Assembly: GCA_002433595.1 (NCBI GenBank)
Contig: DJIL01000012.1
Span: forward strand, 1-60,173
Length of the DNA: 60,173 nucleotides
Direction of reading: 5' to 3'
Source: a bacterium UBP8_UBA6595
Lineage (GTDB): Bacteria; Margulisbacteria; Marinamargulisbacteria; UBA6595
Below, piece by piece: positions 9,488-19,084 of the stretch. The notes beneath the pieces are model-generated. The model searched no databases. It saw only the letters and a list, made by a program, of their open reading frames with translations, and was not told the DNA's origin. Every line of letters starts with the position of its first letter. Positions within the stretch are counted from its first letter, which is position 1. Both the position numbers and the translations under genes were made by a program.

Positions 9488-9523
9488 TTATTCAAGTGTA
9501 CAGAACAGAGAATACATAAGTCC

Positions 9524-11293
9524 ATGAATATTCCAGTTTTATTTGAATTTTCTACCATGTTTGTTGCGGGGTTATTTGCTCAGTGGGTATCGTGGAGAAT
9601 GCGGTTACCTGCTATTTTGCCCTTGCTCCTCATTGGCTTATTGGTAGGTCCCGTTTTGGGGATACTGCATCCCGATCGCCTAATGGGAGATTTGCTATTT
9701 CCCTTTGTGTCATTATCCGTAGCGATTATATTATTTGAAGGGGGGTTGAGTTTAAAAATAAAAGATATTCATGGGCTGGGCAATGTGGTTTGGAATTTAA
9801 ACACAATCGGGGTTTTAGTTAATTGGGTTATTATTGCAATTAGTGCGTATCTGTTTTTAGATATGACCGGGTCGTTAAGCACAATTTTGGGGGCTATTTT
9901 AGTAGTGACAGGCCCCACGGTTATCGGCCCTTTGTTAAAGCATGTGCGTTTGGATACCGATTTGGGGTCAACCTTGCGGTGGGAAAGTATTATTATCGAC
10001 CCAGTGGGCGCCGTCATAGCTGTATTAGCCTTTGAATGGGTGTTTCTAAGTGAAGTTGGGGCGATGGTGTCGTATTCGGTTGTGTTTTTGTTGATGACAC
10101 TACTAGTGGGTGTTGGATTGGGGTTGTTGGGGGGGGGCTTTATTATGATGCTGCTTAAACGGGGGTGGGCACCAGCCTATTTGCATTCGTCATTAACGTT
10201 GGCCACCGTGATGGCTGTGTTTGTAGTCTCAAATTTTATTCAATTAGAGTCCGGGTTACTAAGTGTAACTGTGATGGGATTAATACTAGCGAACCAAAAC
10301 CAAGTGAAAATCCAACATATCTTACGGTTTAAAGAAGATGTAACCTTGTTGCTAATATCGGTGCTGTTTGTTATGTTAGCGGCACGTATTTCGTTTTATG
10401 ATTTAGTGGGGTACACCTCATGGAACACACTGTTTTTTTTAATTGGTGTGGTGTTTGTGGCTCGGCCTTTGGGGGTCTTTTTATGTACCATTGGGTCTCG
10501 CTTGACGTGGCGACATAAAGTGTTCATGAGTTTGACAGCCCCGCGCGGGATTATCGCAGCAAGTATTGGGTCATTATTTGCATTAAAGTTAAGTCAGTAT
10601 GGCATTGCAGATGCTGAACAACTGGTGTTTTTTACGTTTATTGTTATTTTTTTTACAGTGGCTCAGTCGGGGTTGTTTGCTGGGTATTTAGCCAAATGGC
10701 TGGGGGTTACACGGCCGCATTTTTACGGCGTTTTAATTGCGGGGTCCAATGCGTTGTCTCGGTCTATTGCGACACAATTAATTAATCAAAAAATTGATGT
10801 GTTATTGGTTGATACCAATCAGCAATCGATTAATGAAGCCCGTGTTCATGGGATTCCATGTATCGAAGCCAGCATTTTAGACGACAGTATTTTAGATGAG
10901 CTGGAAGATCGAAAAATTGGCCGTTTTCTGGCCGTTACCTCTAATGACGACTTAAATGTATTGGCGGTTAGAAAGTATCGGTCTGTATTTGGGCGAAACA
11001 AAGTATACCGGTTGTTTCCTCAAGATGTGACCCATCAACAGCATTTAGAAATTACCACATTATTTTCAGCGGGCATGACGTATACCCAATTGGTCAATTA
11101 TATGATTTCTGGTTACTCAGTGGTGGCTATTCATCTCAATACGGGTGAGCAGCTTAATGATATTTTGGAGCAATACGATGCGCCGGTTATCCCATTATTT
11201 TTTGTATCAAAAAATTATGAGCTGTATATTTTTTCTGAGGGGAATAGCCCTCCACGATTGCCCGATATGACGTTAATTGCATTGGTGCCATGA
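9524..11293 (+). CDS. CPA1-family cation/proton antiporter with C-terminal RCK/TrkA domain
   Basis: About 11 TM segments form the N-terminal part (LPAILPLLLIGLLVGP...). The C-terminus has the Rossmann-like VLIAGSNALSRSIATQL...VLLVD. Confidence 0.82.
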   Translation: MNIPVLFEFSTMFVAGLFAQWVSWRMRLPAILPLLLIGLLVGPVLGILHPDRLMGDLLFPFVSLSVAIILFEGGLSLKIKDIHGLGNVVWNLNTIGVLVNWVIIAISAYLFLDMTGSLSTILGAILVVTGPTVIGPLLKHVRLDTDLGSTLRWESIIIDPVGAVIAVLAFEWVFLSEVGAMVSYSVVFLLMTLLVGVGLGLLGGGFIMMLLKRGWAPAYLHSSLTLATVMAVFVVSNFIQLESGLLSVTVMGLILANQNQVKIQHILRFKEDVTLLLISVLFVMLAARISFYDLVGYTSWNTLFFLIGVVFVARPLGVFLCTIGSRLTWRHKVFMSLTAPRGIIAASIGSLFALKLSQYGIADAEQLVFFTFIVIFFTVAQSGLFAGYLAKWLGVTRPHFYGVLIAGSNALSRSIATQLINQKIDVLLVDTNQQSINEARVHGIPCIEASILDDSILDELEDRKIGRFLAVTSNDDLNVLAVRKYRSVFGRNKVYRLFPQDVTHQQHLEITTLFSAGMTYTQLVNYMISGYSVVAIHLNTGEQLNDILEQYDAPVIPLFFVSKNYELYIFSEGNSPPRLPDMTLIALVP

Positions 11294-12654
11294 CGACGGT
11301 TATTCACTGGTTTCAACGGGATCTCCGGTTAACGGATAATCAAGCACTAGCAGCTGCCAAACAACGGGGTGCTGTGCTGCCTGTCTATGGTCTAATAGAC
11401 GCGTGGCAACCTGTGCCAACGGGGTCGGCTAGTCGCGTGTGGTTACACCATAGTTTAATGCAATTAGCGAATCAGCTGGGCGGTAACTTATCAATTTTAA
11501 CAACGATGGATGACTGGGCAGATCTAATGCGTCGTTATGCCGTGACGGCCGTGTATTGGAATGCCGTTCCGGGTGTTGATTATCAGCCGGTGCACGAATA
11601 TTTAACGGCATTGGGTGTTCAGTGCTATGGCTATACCGAGGGGTTGTTATGGGAGCCGGGGTCCGTGGTTAAACCGGATGGGCAGCCTTATAAAGTATTC
11701 ACGCCCTATTATCGACGCTGCATTGGCACAGCCCCCAATCGGCCCACTGCATCGGTACATCCATCAGTGGTTGGGTGTGGCCTGGGTAATATAGCCGGCC
11801 TAGACTTGGTGCCCCAATTGGACTGGCCAGCGCGCGTTATTCAGCAGTGGCATCCGGGTGAACGGGGGGCCACTGAACGACTAGCCGGTTTTTTATCCAA
11901 CATTCAGAGCTATTCAGAGGGTCGCAACACGCCCAGTGAACCTCACGTGTCACGGCTATCGCCACATTTAGCCTTTGGCGAGATATCGCCCCGAACGATT
12001 TGGCATGCGGTGGCAGACCATGGGCTAGATCCCACGCAGGATGCGTTTTGTCGACAATTAGTTTGGCGAGAGTTTTCTCATTATTTATTGCGTGATTTTC
12101 CAACGTTTTATAAAGAAAACCTCAACAAGCGATTTGACCGGTTTCCATGGCGGGATACAGACCCAATGTTGGCGGCCTGGCAATCGGGGAGAACTGGTTA
12201 TCCGATTGTGGATGCGGGCATGCGTGAATTGTGGCAAACGGGGACTATGCATAATCGCGTTCGGATGATTGTTGGGTCATTTTTAGTTAAAAACTTGCGC
12301 ATTCATTGGCGGCGCGGGTTTGAGTGGTTTTGGGATTGTTTGCTGGATGCTAATACGGCTAATAATAGTTTTGGCTGGCAATGGATTGCGGGTTCTGGCG
12401 CCGATGCTGCCCCTTACTTTCGAATTTTCAATCCAATTCTGCAAGGTAAAAAGTTTGATACAAATGGTCAGTATACCCGCCAGTATGTGCCCGAATTGGC
12501 AGCCATGCCGGACCGGTATTTATTTGATCCATGGGAGGCTCCAAAATCAGTGCTTGATCAAGCGGGGGTTACATTGGGTGTTCACTATCCGCGACCGATT
12601 GTATCAATTTCCGATTCGCGACAGTTGGCGTTGGCGGCATTTGCGAGCATTTAG
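11290..12654 (+). CDS. phrB: deoxyribodipyrimidine (CPD) photolyase, class I
   Basis: The N-terminus is IHWFQRDLRLTDN. The FAD-binding region reads TGYPIVDAGMRELWQTGTMHNRVRMIVGSFL...GWQWIAGSGADAAPYFRIFNP. The start overlaps the antiporter stop as ATGA. Confidence 0.9.
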   Translation: MTTVIHWFQRDLRLTDNQALAAAKQRGAVLPVYGLIDAWQPVPTGSASRVWLHHSLMQLANQLGGNLSILTTMDDWADLMRRYAVTAVYWNAVPGVDYQPVHEYLTALGVQCYGYTEGLLWEPGSVVKPDGQPYKVFTPYYRRCIGTAPNRPTASVHPSVVGCGLGNIAGLDLVPQLDWPARVIQQWHPGERGATERLAGFLSNIQSYSEGRNTPSEPHVSRLSPHLAFGEISPRTIWHAVADHGLDPTQDAFCRQLVWREFSHYLLRDFPTFYKENLNKRFDRFPWRDTDPMLAAWQSGRTGYPIVDAGMRELWQTGTMHNRVRMIVGSFLVKNLRIHWRRGFEWFWDCLLDANTANNSFGWQWIAGSGADAAPYFRIFNPILQGKKFDTNGQYTRQYVPELAAMPDRYLFDPWEAPKSVLDQAGVTLGVHYPRPIVSISDSRQLALAAFASI

Positions 12655-14059
12655 CTATCGAATGAATTAACCCATTAAATATAAAATGATGAAACGGTAG
12701 ACAGGAATACCAATAGAGTCGTCCAAATAGGCCCAAAGGGCGAAATGTTGCTGTTTGGGTTAAGGTGTTCCCTTGAATATGAAATTCCAGCCAGGCCTCG
12801 CCCGGCAATTTCATTTCAGCGTAGAGTAATAAGCGATGCTGGGTTTTGTCGGCAATAAGCACACGCCAAAAGTCTAAGGAGTCTCCGGGTTTGAGGTCGG
12901 TGGGGCTACGTCGACCCCGCCGCAAGCCAACACCGCCAACAATTTGGTCAATTACCCCCCGAATTCTCCATAATGCGTTACCAAAATACCAACCGGATTT
13001 TCCACCAAGCTGCCATAGTTTTTCTAGGGATGCTTTTGGGTTTTTTACAGAGACGGCTCGGTGATCAATAAAGCAAGCATGAGTGGGGACACGAGTATAG
13101 TAAGCAATTCCTTTTTCTAAAAAATAATGATGGGGTGAGTCAGTCCAGCTGGATACGACATCATTTTGTTCAATCCGATGGAATGCTGATTTAATCGCTT
13201 CCCTATAAGTCATGGGGGTAATATCGAGCAATTCAAACAAGCGGGTGTCTCGGCAAATAACTTCAGTTTTCATGCTATCAACCAAACGCTGAGCAAGCGA
13301 GTAGGTTGTACGTGTTACAAAATTTAACCAATATGAGGATAGGCGTGGTGATAATAAAGGTGTGGTAAAAATATACCGTTTGAGTCCCCGAACATCAGCG
13401 AACTGAAGCATCATTCGCTTATAAGATAAAATATCGGGTCCGCCAATGTCAAAGCTTTGGTTGTAGGTCTTTGGGTTTAATAAGCTACGGTGTAAGCACA
13501 TAATCACATCGCGAATAGCAATGGGTTGGCACCGTGTTTGAATCCATCGAGGTGTTATCATAATGGGTATTTTTTCAACTAAATCATGAATAATGTCAAA
13601 GGAAGCGGACCCAGACCCTACAATAATTCCTGCGCGGAGTGTGGTAAGTGCATACTGATCGCTTTGAAGTAGCGACTCAACATGCAAACGCGATTTTAAA
13701 TGGGGGGACAAGTTGGCTTCATTTACAATACCGCTTAGGTAGATGACTTGCTTTGCTTGTGTGTTTTCAACGGCTACTTTGAAATTTTGGGCACAGGTTG
13801 CTTCCAGTGCATGAAAATCAACAGTGGGTTTGGACATGGAATGAATAAAATAGAAGGCGGCATCAATATCATGGGGAAGCTCAATCGAATCGTTTAAAAA
13901 ATCAACAACAATTGCGGATAAATTGGGGTGGTTGTGATAACTGTCATTAAAGCGATCTAAATCGCGGACACAACAAGTCACACGACACGATTTGGATAAC
14001 AAAGCGGGTAATAATCGTTGAGCAATGTAGCCAGTTACGCCAGTAAGTAAAATATGCAT
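12569..14059 (-). CDS. NAD(P)-binding SDR-like protein with C-terminal DUF2867-like domain
   Basis: The N-terminus is the Rossmann motif ILLTGVTGYIAQRL. The C-terminal roughly 170 aa resemble DUF2867 by eye (low certainty on the family name). The last 26 codons run antisense to the phrB 3' end, an 86 nt convergent overlap. Confidence 0.72.
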   Translation of the reverse strand: MHILLTGVTGYIAQRLLPALLSKSCRVTCCVRDLDRFNDSYHNHPNLSAIVVDFLNDSIELPHDIDAAFYFIHSMSKPTVDFHALEATCAQNFKVAVENTQAKQVIYLSGIVNEANLSPHLKSRLHVESLLQSDQYALTTLRAGIIVGSGSASFDIIHDLVEKIPIMITPRWIQTRCQPIAIRDVIMCLHRSLLNPKTYNQSFDIGGPDILSYKRMMLQFADVRGLKRYIFTTPLLSPRLSSYWLNFVTRTTYSLAQRLVDSMKTEVICRDTRLFELLDITPMTYREAIKSAFHRIEQNDVVSSWTDSPHHYFLEKGIAYYTRVPTHACFIDHRAVSVKNPKASLEKLWQLGGKSGWYFGNALWRIRGVIDQIVGGVGLRRGRRSPTDLKPGDSLDFWRVLIADKTQHRLLLYAEMKLPGEAWLEFHIQGNTLTQTATFRPLGLFGRLYWYSCLPFHHFIFNGLIHSIAKCSQMPPTPTVANRKLIQSVADSEHPM

Positions 14060-14069
14060 TGGTATGTAG

Positions 14070-15785
14070 CTAGTGTATCATAATTAAGTCCCCGAGTGCT
14101 TGACCACCAGGTGTGCGGGTATCAGATACGCCGTAAAGCACACCTTCTTGTTTCATAATGCTTTGCGTAGAGCCCATAACGGGACGTGTGACGACGGTGT
14201 GCCCCATGCGCCTAAGAATTGCTTGAGTGTCGGGGGATAGGCTATGCGGTTCGATTCGCAGTTCATCGGGCCATCCTTGGTGATGAAATCGTCCAGCAGC
14301 AGATGCTTGTGCAAGGGTCATTCCGTGGTCAATCACGTTGCTGATAATTTGTGTGACAGTTGAAATAATGCGGCTCCCCCCTGGGGATCCGGTCACTAAA
14401 ACTCCGCCGGTATCATTCAGTACGAGGGTTGGGGTCATAGAGCTGAGCATTCGCTTATGAGGCGCAATGGCATTTTGGGCATTGCCGAGCAATCCGTAGG
14501 CGTTGGGTTCCCCAGGTTTTGCTGAAAAATCGTCCATTTCATTGTTTAAGAGTACCCCGGTTCCGGGAATGCTGATGCCAGAGCCATAGCTAAAATTTAA
14601 AGTTGTTGTTACCGATACAGCATTGCCCCATTGGTCCATGACGCTATAGTGAGTGGTTTCGTCACTGTCATACGGCTGCCCGAATTTTGTGCTGACACTG
14701 GGGGTATGCTGGTTTAAATTGATGTGTTTTCGGCGTCGATTCAAGTAAGACTCGCTTAGTAATTGCTGGACCGGTACGCGAACAAAGTCGCTGTCACCCA
14801 GCCATTCCGCACGATCCGCATACGCCAGTTGCATGGCTTCTGCCATGGCATGAATGGTTTTTGCGCTATTGGCCCCCCAGGTCTTTAGTGGAAATGGTTC
14901 AATTAATTTAAGAATTTGAGCCATAATAAGGCCACCAGAACTGGGTAAGGGCATTGTATAAATATTCTGGCCACGGTATTGAATATGAAGCGGCTCTCGG
15001 ACAACGCTTTGGTAGTTACGCAAATCGGCTAGAGTGATGAGGCCATTGGTGTTTTTCATAAAAGTGTCAATGGCCTGGGCGGTTTTTCCGGAATAAAACC
15101 CCGCAATCCCATACTTTGAAATACGGGATAACGTCTGGGCTAAGGCGGCTTGAGACAGACGGTCTCCGGGTTTTAATGCCCGATCGTTTGGATAAAAAAT
15201 GGCGGACGTGTAGGCGTCTTGTTCAAGCCGTGGGCGTGCCTGTTTTAGTGATACAGCTAAGGCGTGTGATACAGAAAAACCGCCTTTGGCTAAGCGAATA
15301 GCGGGGGCAATAATGCGCTTGCGGGGCAGCGTTCCGTAGTGGTCTAAGGCAGTTAGCAGCCCATGAACACTGCCAGGAACGCCGCTGGATTGCGTTGAAA
15401 ATCGAGCCCGGTGGGTATTCACTGTGCCATCTGAATTTAAAAACAAATCAGCATGGGCGGCTGCGGGTGCGGTTTCTCGAAAATCCAAAGCAATGGTTTT
15501 GTTTTCACTGGCAATATGAATCATCATAAACCCACCGCCCCCTAGATTCCCGGCTTGTGGATGCGTAACGGCTAAGGCAAACCCAACGGCTATCGCAGCA
15601 TCAATTGCATTGCCGCCAGCGTTGAGTACGTCGATACCAATACCCGTTGCCCGCGCTTCTTGGCTGACCACCATGCCATGGGTGCCAATAACAGGGTGGT
15701 GAATCGCCATATTGGATAAAATTGGCGTGCCCATCAGGGGGGCGGTTAGCCCCATGAACCCAATGACGTAGTTGAAGAATTTCAT
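14070..15785 (-). CDS. ggt: gamma-glutamyltranspeptidase
   Basis: The autoprocessing/catalytic Thr context is DSDETTHYSVMD. GGGGFMMI and GSPGGSRII are present. I chose the start at 15785 (signal peptide MKFFNYVIGFMGLTAPLMG). TGCTATACT lies 10 nt upstream. The track ORF extends to 15860. Confidence 0.9.
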   Translation of the reverse strand: MKFFNYVIGFMGLTAPLMGTPILSNMAIHHPVIGTHGMVVSQEARATGIGIDVLNAGGNAIDAAIAVGFALAVTHPQAGNLGGGGFMMIHIASENKTIALDFRETAPAAAHADLFLNSDGTVNTHRARFSTQSSGVPGSVHGLLTALDHYGTLPRKRIIAPAIRLAKGGFSVSHALAVSLKQARPRLEQDAYTSAIFYPNDRALKPGDRLSQAALAQTLSRISKYGIAGFYSGKTAQAIDTFMKNTNGLITLADLRNYQSVVREPLHIQYRGQNIYTMPLPSSGGLIMAQILKLIEPFPLKTWGANSAKTIHAMAEAMQLAYADRAEWLGDSDFVRVPVQQLLSESYLNRRRKHINLNQHTPSVSTKFGQPYDSDETTHYSVMDQWGNAVSVTTTLNFSYGSGISIPGTGVLLNNEMDDFSAKPGEPNAYGLLGNAQNAIAPHKRMLSSMTPTLVLNDTGGVLVTGSPGGSRIISTVTQIISNVIDHGMTLAQASAAGRFHHQGWPDELRIEPHSLSPDTQAILRRMGHTVVTRPVMGSTQSIMKQEGVLYGVSDTRTPGGQALGDLIMIH

Positions 15786-16145
15786 GCTTTTATTTAGTAT
15801 AGCATAGGCAATAAAATTATTTTTTAAATGTAGTGACATTTTTTTATTTAACGGTGTCACGACGGGGCCACAAAAATTCTTGCCTGTATAATGACACAGG
15901 GAATCTTACAGTAAAAGAACAGCTTGAAAACACGATTCAATTGGCAATGCGTACCGATAGTCGAGTAGGTATTGTCTAAATTATCGCTTAGTTTTTTTCT
16001 ATACAAATCAATACGAACGAATCGATACGAATTTTCACAGTTGCAACTAAGATGCGTTATCGGATATACTTAAAAGAAGGATCAACTATTAGTAACGTGT
16101 GAAAGTGTAATAATTTAAGTGTATTTTTCAAGGAGTGAGATAAGT

Positions 16146-17465
16146 ATGAGAGTCAGTAAACTAATAATAGCAGCCGTAATTGCTTCGATGTGGTCATCAA
16201 CAGCCTTGGCATCGGATGCTGAATTGGCGGATTTACGCGCGGAAGTGGATGCGTTGAAGCAGTTGTATGCGCGATCGGGTCGTTCAGTTGGCCACATTAA
16301 AAAAAACAAGCCATCAATTTTTAGCAACAGCCTCAATCCATCGATTGGCATGGTATTTAACGGTGCATACCGTAGTTACACAGAAAAAGAGGCTGATATT
16401 GCGGGGTTTCCGGTGGGGCACGACGGCCATCGAAAGTCTGAAGGGTTTGCGGTTGGCGAATCTGAGATCAATATATCGGCTAGTGTGGATGATAAGTTTT
16501 ATGGAAGCTTTACAGCGGCCATGGTGCGGGAAGCGGGTTTAGACAAGCTTGAATTGGAAGAAGCGTACATTCAAACATTGCCGGGGTTTGGCTTGTTTGA
16601 TGGTTTGACGGCTAAATTTGGACGTGCATTTTGGACGTTGGGGTATTTAAACGAACATCATTTGCATGCGCATGATTTTTCGGATCGACCCCTTCCCAAT
16701 CGGGCGTTCTTAAATGGTGCATTTAATGATGATGGGGCGGAGTTAACCTATGTATTGCCCACACAATTTTACACAGAAGTTGGTGGGGGGCTGTTCCGAG
16801 GTGATGACATGCCCTTTGGTGGCGCAACGGGTGATAAAACGCAAGCCTGGTCTGCGTTTGTCCGCGTTGGCGATGATATTGGATACAATCAAAGCTGGCG
16901 AGTGGGTGCCTACCGATTAGCCAGTGACGCGGTTGGCCGCTTTGTTAAAAGTGAAGAAGGTGAGAGCAACAATACTGGGTTTTATGGGCATACCGCGCTG
17001 GATGCCGTGGATGTTCGGTATACGTGGGCGGTTAATGGCAACCCAAGAGAGCAAGAACTGACACTACAGGGTGAGTATTTTTGGCAGCACAATGAGGGCG
17101 ATTACAAACTTGAGGGCGCAAATGCTAAGGAAAACGCTACAAAGTCTGCAATTTATACCAACGCCCATGCAACGGGTTGGTATTTGCAAACAGTATATAA
17201 AATGGCGCCACAATGGCGTGTGGGTGTTCGATACAGTGAATTGTCCCCTGCGGATGTGCCGACGGCTTTAAAGAATAACGATGTTCTCAATGCCGATGGG
17301 CATGACCCTCGCTCATTGAGTGCTATGCTCGACTGGACCAATAGCGAGTTTAGCCGAATTCGATTTCAATATAACCACAATGTTTTAGCGAAAAACAAAA
17401 CGGATGATCAGTTTATTATTCAATATGTGATGAGCATAGGAGCCCATGGTGCGCATAAATATTAG
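16146..17465 (+). CDS. outer-membrane porin-like beta-barrel protein with His-rich motifs
   Basis: AAGGAG precedes the ATG at 16146. The signal peptide is MRVSKLIIAAVIASMWSSTALA, followed by a short coiled coil (LADLRAEVDALKQL) and an alternating beta-strand pattern. His clusters occur at NEHHLHAHDF and at the C-terminal GAHGAHKY. Assignment to an OprO/P-like family is inference. Confidence 0.6.
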   Translation: MRVSKLIIAAVIASMWSSTALASDAELADLRAEVDALKQLYARSGRSVGHIKKNKPSIFSNSLNPSIGMVFNGAYRSYTEKEADIAGFPVGHDGHRKSEGFAVGESEINISASVDDKFYGSFTAAMVREAGLDKLELEEAYIQTLPGFGLFDGLTAKFGRAFWTLGYLNEHHLHAHDFSDRPLPNRAFLNGAFNDDGAELTYVLPTQFYTEVGGGLFRGDDMPFGGATGDKTQAWSAFVRVGDDIGYNQSWRVGAYRLASDAVGRFVKSEEGESNNTGFYGHTALDAVDVRYTWAVNGNPREQELTLQGEYFWQHNEGDYKLEGANAKENATKSAIYTNAHATGWYLQTVYKMAPQWRVGVRYSELSPADVPTALKNNDVLNADGHDPRSLSAMLDWTNSEFSRIRFQYNHNVLAKNKTDDQFIIQYVMSIGAHGAHKY

Positions 17466-18348
17466 TATAATTATCAGTAGCTTGATTGCCGCATCCTTCG
17501 GTGTTCAGGCTGCAGTTTCTGTCTTTGCCTGTGAGCCCGAATGGGCGTCGCTTACAAAAGCAATTGGCGGGACGCATGTTCGAGTGGTTTCAGCCACCCA
17601 TGCCAGGCAAAACCCGCACTATATTCGTGCACGGCCCAGCTTGATAGCGGCAATTCGACGCGCAGAATTGCTGGTATGTTCTGGGGCTAGTCTAGAAGCG
17701 GGCTGGTTGCCGGTGTTATTAAAACGGGCATCATCCGAGCTTCAGCCGGGTGGCGTGGGGTACTTAATGGCAACGGACCATGTGGCTGTTTTAGAAACCC
17801 CAACAACGGTAGACCGCAGCATGGGGGATGTGCATCCCGAAGGCAATCCACATGTGCATTTAAATCCCAACAATCTTATTCAGATTGGGCGCCGTATTAA
17901 AGAACAGTTGCAGAAAATAGATCCCGATAATAAGGCCGTATACGCAAAGCGGTATGCTGATTTTGAACGTCAGTGGGCGGTTGCTATTCAACGCTGGACC
18001 GTTCAAGCGGCGCCGTTAAGAGGCCAGACTGTCATTGTGCATCATAAATCATTAAGCTATCTATTGGATTGGTTGGGCATTAATACACTGGCTTCGTTGG
18101 AACCGGTTCCAGGCTTACCACCCACAGCGTCGCATTTAAATACAGTGCTTAAGGATTCGAGTCGGCAACCGGTGTTGGCGATACTCCGCACCCCATACGA
18201 TCCGTCCGATGCAAGTGAATGGATGGCATCAAAAACAAGGATTCCTTCTGTGGTGGTGCCATACACGGTTGGGGGTAGTGACCAGAGTACTGATTTAAAG
18301 GCATTGTTTAATCATACAATTGAGTTATTATTAATGCATGGATCTTAG
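17446..18348 (+). CDS. metal ABC transporter substrate-binding protein (ZnuA/TroA cluster A-I family)
   Basis: It has a signal peptide and the metal-site context DVHPEGNPHVHLNPNN. The 300 aa size fits the family. It lacks a long His-rich loop, so metal specificity is open. It overlaps the porin gene by 20 nt. Confidence 0.8.
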   Translation: MVRINISIIISSLIAASFGVQAAVSVFACEPEWASLTKAIGGTHVRVVSATHARQNPHYIRARPSLIAAIRRAELLVCSGASLEAGWLPVLLKRASSELQPGGVGYLMATDHVAVLETPTTVDRSMGDVHPEGNPHVHLNPNNLIQIGRRIKEQLQKIDPDNKAVYAKRYADFERQWAVAIQRWTVQAAPLRGQTVIVHHKSLSYLLDWLGINTLASLEPVPGLPPTASHLNTVLKDSSRQPVLAILRTPYDPSDASEWMASKTRIPSVVVPYTVGGSDQSTDLKALFNHTIELLLMHGS

Positions 18349-19084
18349 TGTTTTTATATTAGTGATGCCGGCGCTTGTTGCCGGTGTTATGATTGCAGCA
18401 ACGCATGCGCCCTTGGGTTTAGAAGTATTAAAACGCGGCATTGTATTTATGGATTTGGCAGTCGCTCAAATTGCCGGTTTAGTGATGGTTTCCGTAGTGA
18501 CATGGATGCCCCATCCGTCGCCATGGCTCATTCAAGGCCTTGCTTTGACGGGGGCTTTAATGGCAGCGGGCGTATTTCGATGGGTTGAATCGGTTGTGCC
18601 CAAACGGCAAGAAGCCATTATTGGAACTAGTTATGTTTTTGCGGCATCAGCCGCTGTTTTAGTTTTGCTCAATCATCCCCACGGGGGTGAGGCGATGCAA
18701 AATATGGTATCGGGACAGCTTTTATTTGTAACATGGGTAGACGTTATGAAACATGCCCCGGTGTATGCGGGTATTGGTGTGGCCTGGGTGACACGCCCCG
18801 ATTGGCGATCCGGTATTGGGTTTTATAGTTTATTTGCATTGGCGATTACGTCATCTGTACAACTGGTGGGAGTCTATGTTGTGTTCGCTAGTTTAATCGT
18901 ACCGGCATTGGTTGCGATTGGCCGGCCCAATGCACTGATCCGTGCCTGGTCTTTTGGTTTTGGCATGATGGTACTTGGGAGTGGGAGTGCGGTTTTATTG
19001 GATATGCCGGCCGGGCCCATGGTTGTAATGGCGGGATGTGGCCTTGCGAGTTTGCACTGGGCTTGGCGTTCTCGATGGCCATAA
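18338..19084 (+). CDS. metal ABC transporter permease (ABC-3 / ZnuB-like)
   Basis: It is a polytopic protein. APLGLEVLKRGIVFMDLAVAQIAGL, SLIVPALVA and DMPAGPMVVM align by eye with the ZnuB layout. It overlaps the SBP gene by 11 nt. Confidence 0.78.
   Translation: MDLSVFILVMPALVAGVMIAATHAPLGLEVLKRGIVFMDLAVAQIAGLVMVSVVTWMPHPSPWLIQGLALTGALMAAGVFRWVESVVPKRQEAIIGTSYVFAASAAVLVLLNHPHGGEAMQNMVSGQLLFVTWVDVMKHAPVYAGIGVAWVTRPDWRSGIGFYSLFALAITSSVQLVGVYVVFASLIVPALVAIGRPNALIRAWSFGFGMMVLGSGSAVLLDMPAGPMVVMAGCGLASLHWAWRSRWP

Noticed and set aside
16018-16029. A possible Zur/Fur-type operator (CGAATCGATACG, a 10/12 palindrome) in the ggt/porin divergent region.
   Set aside because: It is short and imperfect, and it does not resemble known Zur, Fur or MntR boxes that I can recall. 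It lies about 115 nt from the porin ATG. It is too weak to call.
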